Below the pieces are notes generated by a model. It was not told the origin of the DNA. It worked only from the letters and a program-made list of their open reading frames with translations, and did not search any database. A stretch of DNA of 64,000 nt from a virus: IMG/VR virus record IMGVR_UViG_3300032770_000007, positions 61,828-125,827 of that record. One strand, given 5' to 3'. The position numbers and the translations under genes were made by a program. Shown here piece after piece: positions 36,830 through 46,036 of this stretch (position 1 is the stretch's first letter; each line of letters opens with the position of its first letter).

Positions 36830-38229
36830 TAGATTGTCGTCCCACCAACCATGTTGTTTTCCACCAGCCGACGCACCATGTCCTCAAACTGATTTACCTG
36901 CGTTGGACTGGGCATTTGGGTCAAAGGCCTAAATGACTTGTTGCCATGTGAGTAGACTGAGAGGTGTTCTGTGCCATTGATGAGTTCATTCTTGATAATG
37001 ACTGCCTTCTTGTAGGCATGGGTCAATTTACCACTCAGAGGTACATACTCAATGTCTGTGGTGGCAGCCGTCTGCTGAACAGTTTCTGGCTTTGCTTCTT
37101 GTGGGCTAGGATCCACATCCAGCTTATCATACAGGTCCAGAAAACCCTTAGCAACCTCTGCATCAAATCGATTCAGGCACAGCTTGATGGCCTTCTTCTT
37201 GTTCTTGAAGATGGCATATGCCTTGGCAATGTGAACCAGGCGGCGAGTACTGATGACTTCATCAACAGCATCATCCTGATAAGAACGGCGGATCTGGTCA
37301 GCCCACTCCACCAGAACTTTGATGAACCGGTCAATACCTTCCTCACCATCCAAACCAAGCTGCTTGAAGTTCTTTTGAAGAATCTTGGTCTCTGTGTCAG
37401 CGTTAGGATATTCCTGTTCTACCGTGATGGCAAATCGCTCCAGGAATGCCTCATTCAGAACATTGGCACCGATGAACCGACCATCACTTGAACCCTTACC
37501 CTTGGTGTTGGCTGTGGCAATGACCTGGAAGCCTGGTTGTGGATAGACAACCGTGTTAGTCTTCTTATCCAGGAATGGCTTGCCCTCCAGCACTGGCTGG
37601 AGGCACAGGAGATGCTCTGAACCATAGTCCGTCTCATCCAGAAGGAGGATGGCGCCACGACGCATGGCAGTCAGCACCGGACCTTCGCGGCGAACAGTAT
37701 TACCATTCACGAGCTCATAGGCACCGAAGAGATCAAGCTCATCAGTATTCTTGGTAATGTTCACGCGCACCACTTCACGACCCAGGCAAGCAGCCACCTG
37801 AAGTGCCATGAGTGTTTTTCCATTACCACTCAGGCCTGTGATGTAGATGGGATAGAAAATCTTGGAGTTGATGATATTCTTCAGATCAGTGTAGAAACCG
37901 AAGGGCACATAAGTGGGATCCTTCGGTGGCACAAAAGAATCAGAAATGATCATTTCTGTCTCTGGTGTTACAGCCAAATGAACTGCTGCTGGCACAGGGA
38001 CGGATACTGATGCTGGAGTAATGACTGGATTGGTTCCCTTGCAGCGATACTTGCCCCAGCCTGCGCTCCTTGACTTGTTGTAGGTCAGGAAGTAGGGATA
38101 GGGTAGACCATTGGCCTTGCAGAATTCATTGATCTGCTTGTTGGTGACCACATCAGTCTTGAAGTGTTCTGAAATCCGATTACAGAACTCTTCCTGGCTG
38201 GCGCTATCAGGATAGTTAGGCTTTCGCAT
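36829..38229 (-). CDS. cobS: CobS-like MoxR-type AAA+ ATPase
   Basis: GLSGNGKT, LLLDETD, TANTKGKGSSDGRF, LNEAFLERF, ISTRRLVHI. Confidence 0.9.
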   Translation of the reverse strand: MRKPNYPDSASQEEFCNRISEHFKTDVVTNKQINEFCKANGLPYPYFLTYNKSRSAGWGKYRCKGTNPVITPASVSVPVPAAVHLAVTPETEMIISDSFVPPKDPTYVPFGFYTDLKNIINSKIFYPIYITGLSGNGKTLMALQVAACLGREVVRVNITKNTDELDLFGAYELVNGNTVRREGPVLTAMRRGAILLLDETDYGSEHLLCLQPVLEGKPFLDKKTNTVVYPQPGFQVIATANTKGKGSSDGRFIGANVLNEAFLERFAITVEQEYPNADTETKILQKNFKQLGLDGEEGIDRFIKVLVEWADQIRRSYQDDAVDEVISTRRLVHIAKAYAIFKNKKKAIKLCLNRFDAEVAKGFLDLYDKLDVDPSPQEAKPETVQQTAATTDIEYVPLSGKLTHAYKKAVIIKNELINGTEHLSVYSHGNKSFRPLTQMPSPTQVNQFEDMVRRLVENNMVGGTTI

Positions 38230-38270
38230 CGATTTGTCTCCGACTCACAAAATGTTATTCAACAGAGGGT

Positions 38271-38330
38271 ATTTTACCACAAGTCAACCACAAAGTAAAG
38301 CACTATAATTTATCAGTTATCAATCACTTA
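38271..38330 (-). promoter_or_regulatory. early promoter TTATAGTGC-TTTACT-N17-TAAAAT with upstream IHF-consensus box
   Basis: One of three copies with identical spacing; TATCAATCACTTA at 38318-38330. Confidence 0.8.
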
Positions 38331-40605
38331 GACGGTCCTCAAGACCATCAATAGTGGATATATCCTGGGCAAACTGGCTCAGGATGATCCTGGATGCCTT
38401 CTTCATCTGTTGATGATTTGTGAATGCCTTTTGAAGGACATCCTGACCCTTTTTGGTCTGTGTGTTCTCAAACTTACGAGAAGTGAAGTCATCCTCATAA
38501 CCCATGAACTTGGTGCTCACGTAATAATAGTTATCAAACCCAAGAACAGGCATGGCTACAAAACCATATTCCTTCAGATTCTTCATTTTCTCTCTATTGC
38601 TCTGCTCATCCTTAGTAGAAGTTCGATTGCGGATCTGAGCCTCAATCTCATTGGAACTGCAAATGTAGTATCCAATATGACGACACCCAGTGATCTGCTT
38701 GACCAACTCAGTCAAAGAAGCTTGAAGTGTCACGTAGTCATAAGCATCTGACGATACAAACTGGCCAGTGATAGGATCAGTGATGATTACTTTCGTCAGA
38801 TTCTTTTGACAAGTTTCTGACCTTACTGCTGAAGGCAGGTTAATGCCATTACCAGCACCATCAGTCAGGTAGATCACATTTACAATGTCTACCTTGGTAT
38901 TCATTTTGAACTCTTCAATCATCGTCCTTGATGTCATAACTGCCTCACTCAGAGGAGTGCCAGACATTGAAAGACCAGTCGTCGTTGAGTGACTGAATCC
39001 CTCCAATCCTTTTTGTACCACTTGATATTCTTCTGATTGGGGATCCATTCCAGCAGATAAAGAATGCACCGCCGCAAAGAAGGACAGCATTTTGTATGCT
39101 CGTCTTTGAAGACTGGCTGGAATGTTAGAAGACATCAGATGCCTCAAATGAAAGCCTGGACTATGAACAGGCAGATCACGCGGCATTGAGCTGAACTTGG
39201 CACCACCTTTGCGTGTAGGCATTGAACCATAGTCATTCCGGTCAGCAAAACCATAAACGTCGAAGGGGATTTTGACTTTCTGACAAAAAGCAGTCAGGAT
39301 GATGATCTGCTCTATTGAATGGAACATGTAGTCTCCATTCATTGAACCAGACATATCCAGAAACATAATCATGCCATGGCTTTTGCCCTTTGGCACTTCT
39401 GTGATGCGGCGGAACACATCAGACGTGAACTTGTACTGAGACAACCGGCGCATGTCCAGTTCACCAGAGCGATGAGTCTGTGCGCGGTAATATTGCCGCG
39501 CATCCTTCTTCATTTCAAACTCTTTGACCAACACGTTGATGTGATCTCTGTGCTTTTTCATGAAATAACTCAACAGCATTTCACTGCGATTGTGATATTC
39601 AGGCAACTTGCTTTGAATGGCTGCTTCAAAAAAACTCACAACATTATTGACATCATAGATCATTTTGTTGTGGTTGACACGAGGTAGAGTGACATTAGCA
39701 ACTGAGTGGCTGCTAGTGTCCATCAACTCTTTTTCCTTTTGACGGAAAATCTTGTCTGTAACAGCAGTTGGCTTAACTTTGGACTTGCCATGATCTGGAC
39801 TACCCTGTTCCGCATCAACTACATTTGATGACTTTTGGTCTTCTCCATCATTCTGTTCATTAGGATCCTGGCCTTCAGCATCAGAGCTTTGGCCATCTTG
39901 AGCCTCGCCTTCTTCACCATCCTGGCCATCACCACGCTCACGCTTGCCCTTTTTGGTGCCATCCTTAGCAGCAGCCAGGTCATCAAGATTCTGAATGGCT
40001 CCCCTTTCCTGCTGGCAGGCCACATAGATTTCACGAGCCAGTTTGAGCACTTGCTCAAATGTGTCTGCCTCATCCAACCGACGAACGAAATCTTTTTCCT
40101 TCTTATTGAACTGAACACCAACCAGTGCACCAATCTTGAAATAGAGATTGATGCGGTCAATCAGATTAAGTTCATTCAGGTCAATGTCCTTGACACCAAA
40201 AAAATCACGATCAAAAAGTTCTTTGTAACCCTGTACAAAGGATTTACGAAGGCCAGGAAACTTATTCTTGATTTTCTTTTCAATCCTGGCATCCTCACAG
40301 ACGTTCAGGAAAAACTTGAAGTTTTCATCAAAGCATGAAGCATCATGCGCATGATTTTCTTTGCATTGCATTATTGCATCATGCCAACCTTCTGCTGGAG
40401 TGTTGAGAGCATGACCCACTTCATGACCCATGAGGAGATCATAAAGTTCGGGTGATGTGTCTTTCCAGTCAGGGACATGAAGGACGCGCTCTTTCATATC
40501 AAAGAATGCGGTCCTGATGCCTTCATGAAACACCTGGATATTCTCTGCGGCCATTAGCTTGGCAAGCAGAGATTTGGTGGTTACTAAACTGGTCTTTCTA
40601 GCCAA
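38320..40605 (-). CDS. CobT-like protein: HExxH metallopeptidase-like domain, acidic linker and vWA domain
   Basis: GHEVGHAL, NVCEDARIE, LDMSGSM, GTPL, LTDG; partner of the CobS-like ATPase; TTG start after AGGAG. Confidence 0.88.
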   Translation of the reverse strand: MARKTSLVTTKSLLAKLMAAENIQVFHEGIRTAFFDMKERVLHVPDWKDTSPELYDLLMGHEVGHALNTPAEGWHDAIMQCKENHAHDASCFDENFKFFLNVCEDARIEKKIKNKFPGLRKSFVQGYKELFDRDFFGVKDIDLNELNLIDRINLYFKIGALVGVQFNKKEKDFVRRLDEADTFEQVLKLAREIYVACQQERGAIQNLDDLAAAKDGTKKGKRERGDGQDGEEGEAQDGQSSDAEGQDPNEQNDGEDQKSSNVVDAEQGSPDHGKSKVKPTAVTDKIFRQKEKELMDTSSHSVANVTLPRVNHNKMIYDVNNVVSFFEAAIQSKLPEYHNRSEMLLSYFMKKHRDHINVLVKEFEMKKDARQYYRAQTHRSGELDMRRLSQYKFTSDVFRRITEVPKGKSHGMIMFLDMSGSMNGDYMFHSIEQIIILTAFCQKVKIPFDVYGFADRNDYGSMPTRKGGAKFSSMPRDLPVHSPGFHLRHLMSSNIPASLQRRAYKMLSFFAAVHSLSAGMDPQSEEYQVVQKGLEGFSHSTTTGLSMSGTPLSEAVMTSRTMIEEFKMNTKVDIVNVIYLTDGAGNGINLPSAVRSETCQKNLTKVIITDPITGQFVSSDAYDYVTLQASLTELVKQITGCRHIGYYICSSNEIEAQIRNRTSTKDEQSNREKMKNLKEYGFVAMPVLGFDNYYYVSTKFMGYEDDFTSRKFENTQTKKGQDVLQKAFTNHQQMKKASRIILSQFAQDISTIDGLEDRLSD

Positions 40606-40627
40606 GGCAGTCTCCTATTTACAGGCT

Positions 40628-40687
40628 ATCATACTCTCTATTAAGAAAGAAGTAAAGCACTATAAATGATTTAGAATCAACCATTTA
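40628..40687 (-). promoter_or_regulatory. early promoter TTTACT-N17-TATGAT with IHF-consensus box
   Basis: Second copy; AATCAACCATTTA at 40675-40687; overlapped by a 13-bp inverted repeat (40656-40694). Confidence 0.8.
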
Positions 40688-40750
40688 TAGTGCTAGGCGG
40701 GATTATTTCTTCTTGGAACCTTGAAAGCTTGTTTTCCATTTCAGCCCGCT

Positions 40751-40810
40751 ATTGTAGTGTATTTACCTTCAGAAGTAAAGCACTATAACTTATATGATAT
40801 CAACCACTTA
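40751..40810 (-). promoter_or_regulatory. early promoter TTTACT-N17-TACAAT with IHF-consensus box
   Basis: Third copy; TATCAACCACTTA at 40798-40810. Confidence 0.8.
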
Positions 40811-41642
40811 GATTGCCTTCAGGAATGGAAATAACTAGCTTTTCTGCCTTTGGTTGTTCCACAGGTTTATTCATAACCATAGTTTTAGCCTTTTCCTTTT
40901 GCTGTTGCTGCATTACTTTTTTTATTCGACGCAGATTGGCCTTCACTTTGCCTTTAGCATGAGTGATTTCAGATTTGCTCAAATAGCTCGTATATCTTAT
41001 GCCCATCAAATGATCATACTCATGAAGGAAAACTCGAGCAGTCAAACCATCAAATGATTTGTTTTGAAATTGACCATTGATATTATAATAGCAAACATCC
41101 ACATGCTGTGGTCTCTTGACCTTCAAAAATAAACCAGGATAACTCAAACAACCTTCATTTTCTTTTGTTTCTGCTCCTGATACATTAAGGATTCTAGGAT
41201 TGATGATTGGTTCTACATATTGACCCGAACCCATGACAAAAATCTTATAACGCAAACCAACCTGATTGGCTGCTAATCCTAATCCCAACTTTCTCATCAT
41301 TGTTTCTATCATACTCATAACAATATAAGAAATATCACCTGGAGGATTTCTAAAGTCCCAAGGAATGGCTGGCAAGTCAAGAATACTATTATATTCATCA
41401 ACTACATTGAATATTTCATATTCATAGGTGATGTTGTTTATTATCTTGACTATTCTTTTTTCACTAGGAACAAATTTTGGTGCAGGTTCTGATGAAGATT
41501 TTTCTGGAGTCAAGCCTATATCATCCAAAAATATTGGAGGCTCTGACATCCACTCTAATGGAGTAATGGGAGCATTCATGAGATCCCGCATAGTATCAAT
41601 CATTACACCTTCAGGATTACTATTAAAGCTTGGTTCTGTCAT
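40800..41642 (-). CDS. def: peptide deformylase with N- and C-terminal extensions
   Basis: GLGLAANQVG, EGCLS, HEYDHLMG. Confidence 0.93.
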   Translation of the reverse strand: MTEPSFNSNPEGVMIDTMRDLMNAPITPLEWMSEPPIFLDDIGLTPEKSSSEPAPKFVPSEKRIVKIINNITYEYEIFNVVDEYNSILDLPAIPWDFRNPPGDISYIVMSMIETMMRKLGLGLAANQVGLRYKIFVMGSGQYVEPIINPRILNVSGAETKENEGCLSYPGLFLKVKRPQHVDVCYYNINGQFQNKSFDGLTARVFLHEYDHLMGIRYTSYLSKSEITHAKGKVKANLRRIKKVMQQQQKEKAKTMVMNKPVEQPKAEKLVISIPEGNLSG

Positions 41643-43348
41643 ACTAAAATCTCCGAAAAATTGCCCACCAATTCAAAACGAATAATATTGTTAAACTTAT
41701 CAGCCAAAATCTCTCCTCGATGACTAATCAAGAAAGTATTGGTCTCATTACCAAACGTGTTTAACAATCGCATAAATTCATCCATTCCATCAGCATCCAA
41801 AGAACCATCCAATATTTCATCTAAAATCAATAGATTGGTGTTGACTGAGTTTTTTACCTTGGCTACTGCTCTCCAGGTAAATAACAAACTCAAATCAATA
41901 CGTCTCTTCTGTCCTTCTGAAAAGTTCTCATAAGAAAACTTATCTCTATGTCTTGATCTAATCGTTTCATTGAACTCTTCATCAATATTGAAGTTGACAA
42001 AGAAATCCATGGCCGAAAGATACTTATTGATCATTTTATTTATCACAGGCAGATATTGTTTGATGATCTTGGCTTTGATGCCATTATCTTTTAACAACAA
42101 TGCTGCTGTATCTAAGTATGTCTTATTATCAATAGCCTCTTTGCGTTGATTGTTCTGTTGTTCTAAATCTGAATATAACTGTTTAGACACTTCCAACAAA
42201 TCATCACTAATAGGCTTCTTATTTGAAAGATCATTTATTTCCACTAATAATAATCCTACATATCTTTGAATTTCTGAGATTTGTGATTGTAGTTTAGTTA
42301 GTTCAGATTGATGCGCAGTAATCTTCAGCTGTATTTGCTTGATCTTTTCTAATCTGGTTTCTAGCTTCTGTTGATGTAGTTCTAGATCAGACAGACCAGC
42401 TGAAAATTCCTGGATCTTGATATTACACTCTCCTATGACCTGCTCTTTGTTGTCTATGTCTTGATGACAACGAGGACAAGTTTCATTTTCATTGAAGAAA
42501 GTGATTTCTCTATTCAACTTTTCTAAATTGTTGGTTATTTGAATATTGTATTTCTCTAGTTTAGTAATACGTTCTAATACGCTAGGATTATCAGCTATTT
42601 GAGCCTGAAGACTATCTACATGCTTTTGTACTAACTTAGCATCATTGGTTAGAGTATTAATCCTGGTTTGCCATTCTTCTAAATCAGCCTGCTTCTTAGT
42701 TATTTGTTCTATTGTGATCTTTTTACTATCATTGATATGACGTTTTTGTAGTTCTATCTTCTCCAATATGGTAGATATTTGGGCTTTGATCTTATATAGC
42801 AATTCATCCAAAGATTTGATTTTGGTTTTGATAACCTTATTCATTGTGCTAAAGATTTCTATGTCTAGCAAATCTTCAATAATAGCTCGGCGATCTTGGG
42901 GAACCAATCTCATAAATGGAGTGAATGAAGTGCTACCTACCACAACAATCTGAGTGAAGGACTTCATGTTGAAGCCTAAAATTTGTTTTTCTAAATGCTT
43001 TTGATAGTCTCTATTTGCTGCTTCTTGATTTAGTAAAACATCATTTTGATAGATTTGGAATATAGAAGGTTTCATACCTCTAATAACTTTGTAATGGGTG
43101 CTGCCTACTCTGAACTCTACTTCAACACAAGTTCCAGCATCATTGATTGAGTTTATTAGACCAGGTAGATTGATATCTCGATAGGGTCTACCAAACAAAC
43201 CATAACAAAGAGCATCAATAATAGTACTCTTGCCCGCACCATTCTTACCAATGATCAAAGTCATTGGGTTTTGGTCAAGCTTTATTTCAATCCAGGCATT
43301 ACCTGTAGAAAGAAAATTCATCCATTTTACAGAGTTGAAAATGATCAA
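41639..43348 (-). CDS. gp46: recombination ATPase (Rad50/SbcC-like)
   Basis: NFLSTGN, GKNGAGKST, CPRC zinc hook, FSEGQ, LILDE, ISH. Confidence 0.97.
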   Translation of the reverse strand: MIIFNSVKWMNFLSTGNAWIEIKLDQNPMTLIIGKNGAGKSTIIDALCYGLFGRPYRDINLPGLINSINDAGTCVEVEFRVGSTHYKVIRGMKPSIFQIYQNDVLLNQEAANRDYQKHLEKQILGFNMKSFTQIVVVGSTSFTPFMRLVPQDRRAIIEDLLDIEIFSTMNKVIKTKIKSLDELLYKIKAQISTILEKIELQKRHINDSKKITIEQITKKQADLEEWQTRINTLTNDAKLVQKHVDSLQAQIADNPSVLERITKLEKYNIQITNNLEKLNREITFFNENETCPRCHQDIDNKEQVIGECNIKIQEFSAGLSDLELHQQKLETRLEKIKQIQLKITAHQSELTKLQSQISEIQRYVGLLLVEINDLSNKKPISDDLLEVSKQLYSDLEQQNNQRKEAIDNKTYLDTAALLLKDNGIKAKIIKQYLPVINKMINKYLSAMDFFVNFNIDEEFNETIRSRHRDKFSYENFSEGQKRRIDLSLLFTWRAVAKVKNSVNTNLLILDEILDGSLDADGMDEFMRLLNTFGNETNTFLISHRGEILADKFNNIIRFELVGNFSEILV

Positions 43349-44437
43349 GTAATGTCTCTTATATTATCAAAATTCAAAGCATCAAGATAGATATCTCTCA
43401 TTATTCCCTTGAGTTTGTCTTTATCCAGACTAGTATCTACACCATCAATAACTTTAGAAATAATAGTGATAGTATCATCAGCTTGGTCTATCACATCATC
43501 ATCAGAGATATTAGTATCACTGAAATCTTCAACTATAGATATATCAACTGGCTGTGCTATAGATAAACTATCCATGAAAGCATCAAATAACACAGGATTG
43601 TTCTTTTGTTGAATGATTACCTTTACAATATTATTAGCATACAGACTATAGTCTGCTGAAGTGATATTCTCTAGGGTTTCATTTGTGTCATCATAGATAA
43701 TCTTGTGATGGATACGGAAAGGATTCTCTATAAACTCTAACTCTCTGGTAGAAGTATCAAATATATGAAAGCCTCTTGTATCATCATAATCAGCCCAGGT
43801 CATTTCACCAGGAGAGCCTACATAGAAGATATGTCCATCAGTTGAACGATGATGAAAATGACCAGATATCACCATTTCATATTTGTTGAGTTCTCCTCTA
43901 GTCATACCCTCTACACAGGTATGACCTCTCTCCATTTCAAATCCTTGTATTTGAAAATGTCCAAAGCAAATCTCTGATTTACTATTCTGAATGAACTGTT
44001 TGATTTGTTGTTCATTATCAGGACAGATCCAGGGAATAAAATCTATGGGGATTTCATCGAATGTAATGGTGGTAGGAGTATTATAAAAGTTGATGAAACC
44101 ATGAGAAATATATTCTTTCAAAAGAAGATTGATTGAGTTTACTTCAAGAGTATTCCTGTAATAGATATCATGATTACCAGGATAAGTATGAAGTTTAAGT
44201 GGTTTGAATGGTTTTGAAAATTCATTAAAGAAATATTCTTTGCTTAGGTGAAGTGTATTGAAGTTGACAAACTTTCTACGATCAAATAGATCACCAGTTT
44301 GTATGACTTCTGTAATATCATTGTCCCATAGATATGGAAAGAAAACTTGCTCATAAAACTTTCGATAATAGTCATGAAAAGCAAGTTTATCACTACGCAT
44401 TCCGAAAGTGGGTGTCGCCCAAGATAGCAATCTTCAT
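43345..44437 (-). CDS. gp47: recombination nuclease (Mre11/SbcD-like); needs a +1 frameshift near 44405
   Basis: MKIAILGDTH from ATG 44437 is out of frame with FGMRSD..GDLFDRRK..GNHD..SGHFH. Confidence 0.92.
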
Positions 44438-45078
44438 GGTTGACCCTCCTTGCCTTTTGGCCGTTGAAAAGTTCTACCCCAAACCCAACCATTGGGTAAA
44501 GGTGTATTAGAAAAAATCATTTTAGACTTGGTACCGTCAGTAATCCAACGCATCCCTTTATTAGATCCATAAACATTTCCTGGTTTGAATTCTGTTGATG
44601 GAGAAGAATGTTGGCCTTTATGAGATAAACTTAGTTTTTCAATATGTTCTTCTGATAGAGTTTTATTAGTATTCCAAGGTTTAATCCCTTTACGTTTTTT
44701 GCTCCATTCCTGTTTCGTTTTTTCAGAATGTTTATAGCCTTTATGTGAACCTATGGGAGGACTTCCACCACCAGGACACAAATTATAGTTGCTATTTGAT
44801 TTTACATATTCTTCAGTAACTATATCTGCTTCTGCTTTCTTTGCTTCTTCTATTGTTTCAAAAATCTGTAAATCTACTCTATAAAAATGTTCTTTACCGT
44901 GCAATTTGATTGCTTCTTTTAGAGATTGTTTATCTGGATTGATAGATTTTGCCTTGATTTTATTTATTTCAGATTTCCAATCTCCACTACCAAGATATCC
45001 TGGAGTATTGTTATTTGTAATACCATGGTATGTTTTACCATTAATACTACAAGTTGTTACATAAAGTACATAACTCAT
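44434..45078 (-). CDS. GIY-YIG (Seg-like) homing endonuclease
   Basis: YVLYVTT..GKTYHG, YLGSG, YNLCPGG, HSEKTK and LSEEHIEKLS NUMOD3-like repeats. Confidence 0.8.
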   Translation of the reverse strand: MSYVLYVTTCSINGKTYHGITNNNTPGYLGSGDWKSEINKIKAKSINPDKQSLKEAIKLHGKEHFYRVDLQIFETIEEAKKAEADIVTEEYVKSNSNYNLCPGGGSPPIGSHKGYKHSEKTKQEWSKKRKGIKPWNTNKTLSEEHIEKLSLSHKGQHSSPSTEFKPGNVYGSNKGMRWITDGTKSKMIFSNTPLPNGWVWGRTFQRPKGKEGQP

Positions 45079-45632
45079 TCGTCTACGAACCTTTCTACAC
45101 CTTTCTTGGCTTTGGCTGTCTTGGCTTTTGCTTTATCTAAGTTCTTTTCAAACTTACCAATGAACTCACTAATGTTATCATATAGCTGTCCTTGCTGGAT
45201 ATTATCTTCGCCATTTTCTTCTAGTTCTGCTACTTCAGCATCATCCAGAACACCTGATTGTTGGGCCATTTTGTATTTGGTGTATAGTTCTTTCTTTTCA
45301 AGCCAAATACGTCTACTGAATGCATAGATACAATATTGGGTGAAATATCCAAAAGGATTTTTTGATGGATGATTGGGGTCAAAGTTATCAAAGTAACGAA
45401 TACAGTTTTCTATAGCATCACTTACCATTATATCACGAAAGGTATAGTTGCTATAGCAAGGTTTTCTAGCCACATTTTCTGCTATTAACATCAAACAATT
45501 TGCTATGTAATCTGAAATCTTAGGCTTTGGCTTCTTGGCCTTGGCTGCTTTCTTACACTTGGCTTTGTATGCTATTATTGCTTCTAAAAATGCTTTTTTA
45601 TCTATGTAGTTTACAGTAGTTTTGTTTACCAT
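45075..45632 (-). CDS. gp55: late transcription sigma factor
   Basis: NYIDKKAFL, YSNYTFRDIMVSDAIENC, NPFGYFTQ..AFSRRI..EK. Confidence 0.95.
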   Translation of the reverse strand: MVNKTTVNYIDKKAFLEAIIAYKAKCKKAAKAKKPKPKISDYIANCLMLIAENVARKPCYSNYTFRDIMVSDAIENCIRYFDNFDPNHPSKNPFGYFTQYCIYAFSRRIWLEKKELYTKYKMAQQSGVLDDAEVAELEENGEDNIQQGQLYDNISEFIGKFEKNLDKAKAKTAKAKKGVERFVDE

Positions 45633-46036
45633 TAATTGATTTTTTTCTTTGGTCCGAAAACACTCTCCAAACGCTTTAGTGCTTTTTCCATCGATGTTTC
45701 TGAACTATCTACTCCTTCTGTAGGAGTTTCTTTATTATTGAAAGTATATAGACGCTTGGCGTACTGTTCCAGACTATTGGCAACCTTTTCTATGATGGGA
45801 ACAGTATATAGTATTTGTTTACTTTCAACAACCACGTCTTGAGCATCAGTGCATAATACAGGCAACCAGGGATACAGGATTAGCTCTGGTCCTTTGTCTG
45901 TTTTATCCACGATGACCTGTAGAGGCAAACGTAACTCTGTAAATCCAGGATTTCCCTCATGAACATCAGCCACGATGTTATCCCCATTAATAAATCTAAT
46001 ATAACGAAAATTTCTTTTACTCATTTCAACCTCCAA
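45632..46036 (-). CDS. conserved hypothetical protein (Sm-like) between uvsW and gp55
   Basis: IRFINGDNIV..PL..LYPWLP; conserved position. Confidence 0.6.
   Translation of the reverse strand: MEVEMSKRNFRYIRFINGDNIVADVHEGNPGFTELRLPLQVIVDKTDKGPELILYPWLPVLCTDAQDVVVESKQILYTVPIIEKVANSLEQYAKRLYTFNNKETPTEGVDSSETSMEKALKRLESVFGPKKKIN

Noticed and set aside
36567-36932. 121-aa plus-strand ORF over the intergenic region
   Set aside because: It overlaps the CobS-like gene end, a small membrane ORF, a minus-strand promoter and the hairpin cluster; the ncRNA explanation fits better
36829-40605. Cobalamin biosynthesis role for the CobS/CobT-like pair
   Set aside because: No CobN or other cob genes; the pair is a generic MoxR AAA+/vWA module widespread in T4-like phages
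44390-45078. Group I intron in gp47 housing the neighbouring endonuclease
   Set aside because: The endonuclease lies wholly upstream of the gp47 ATG and the two gp47 parts are separated by a single base, leaving no room for an intron core
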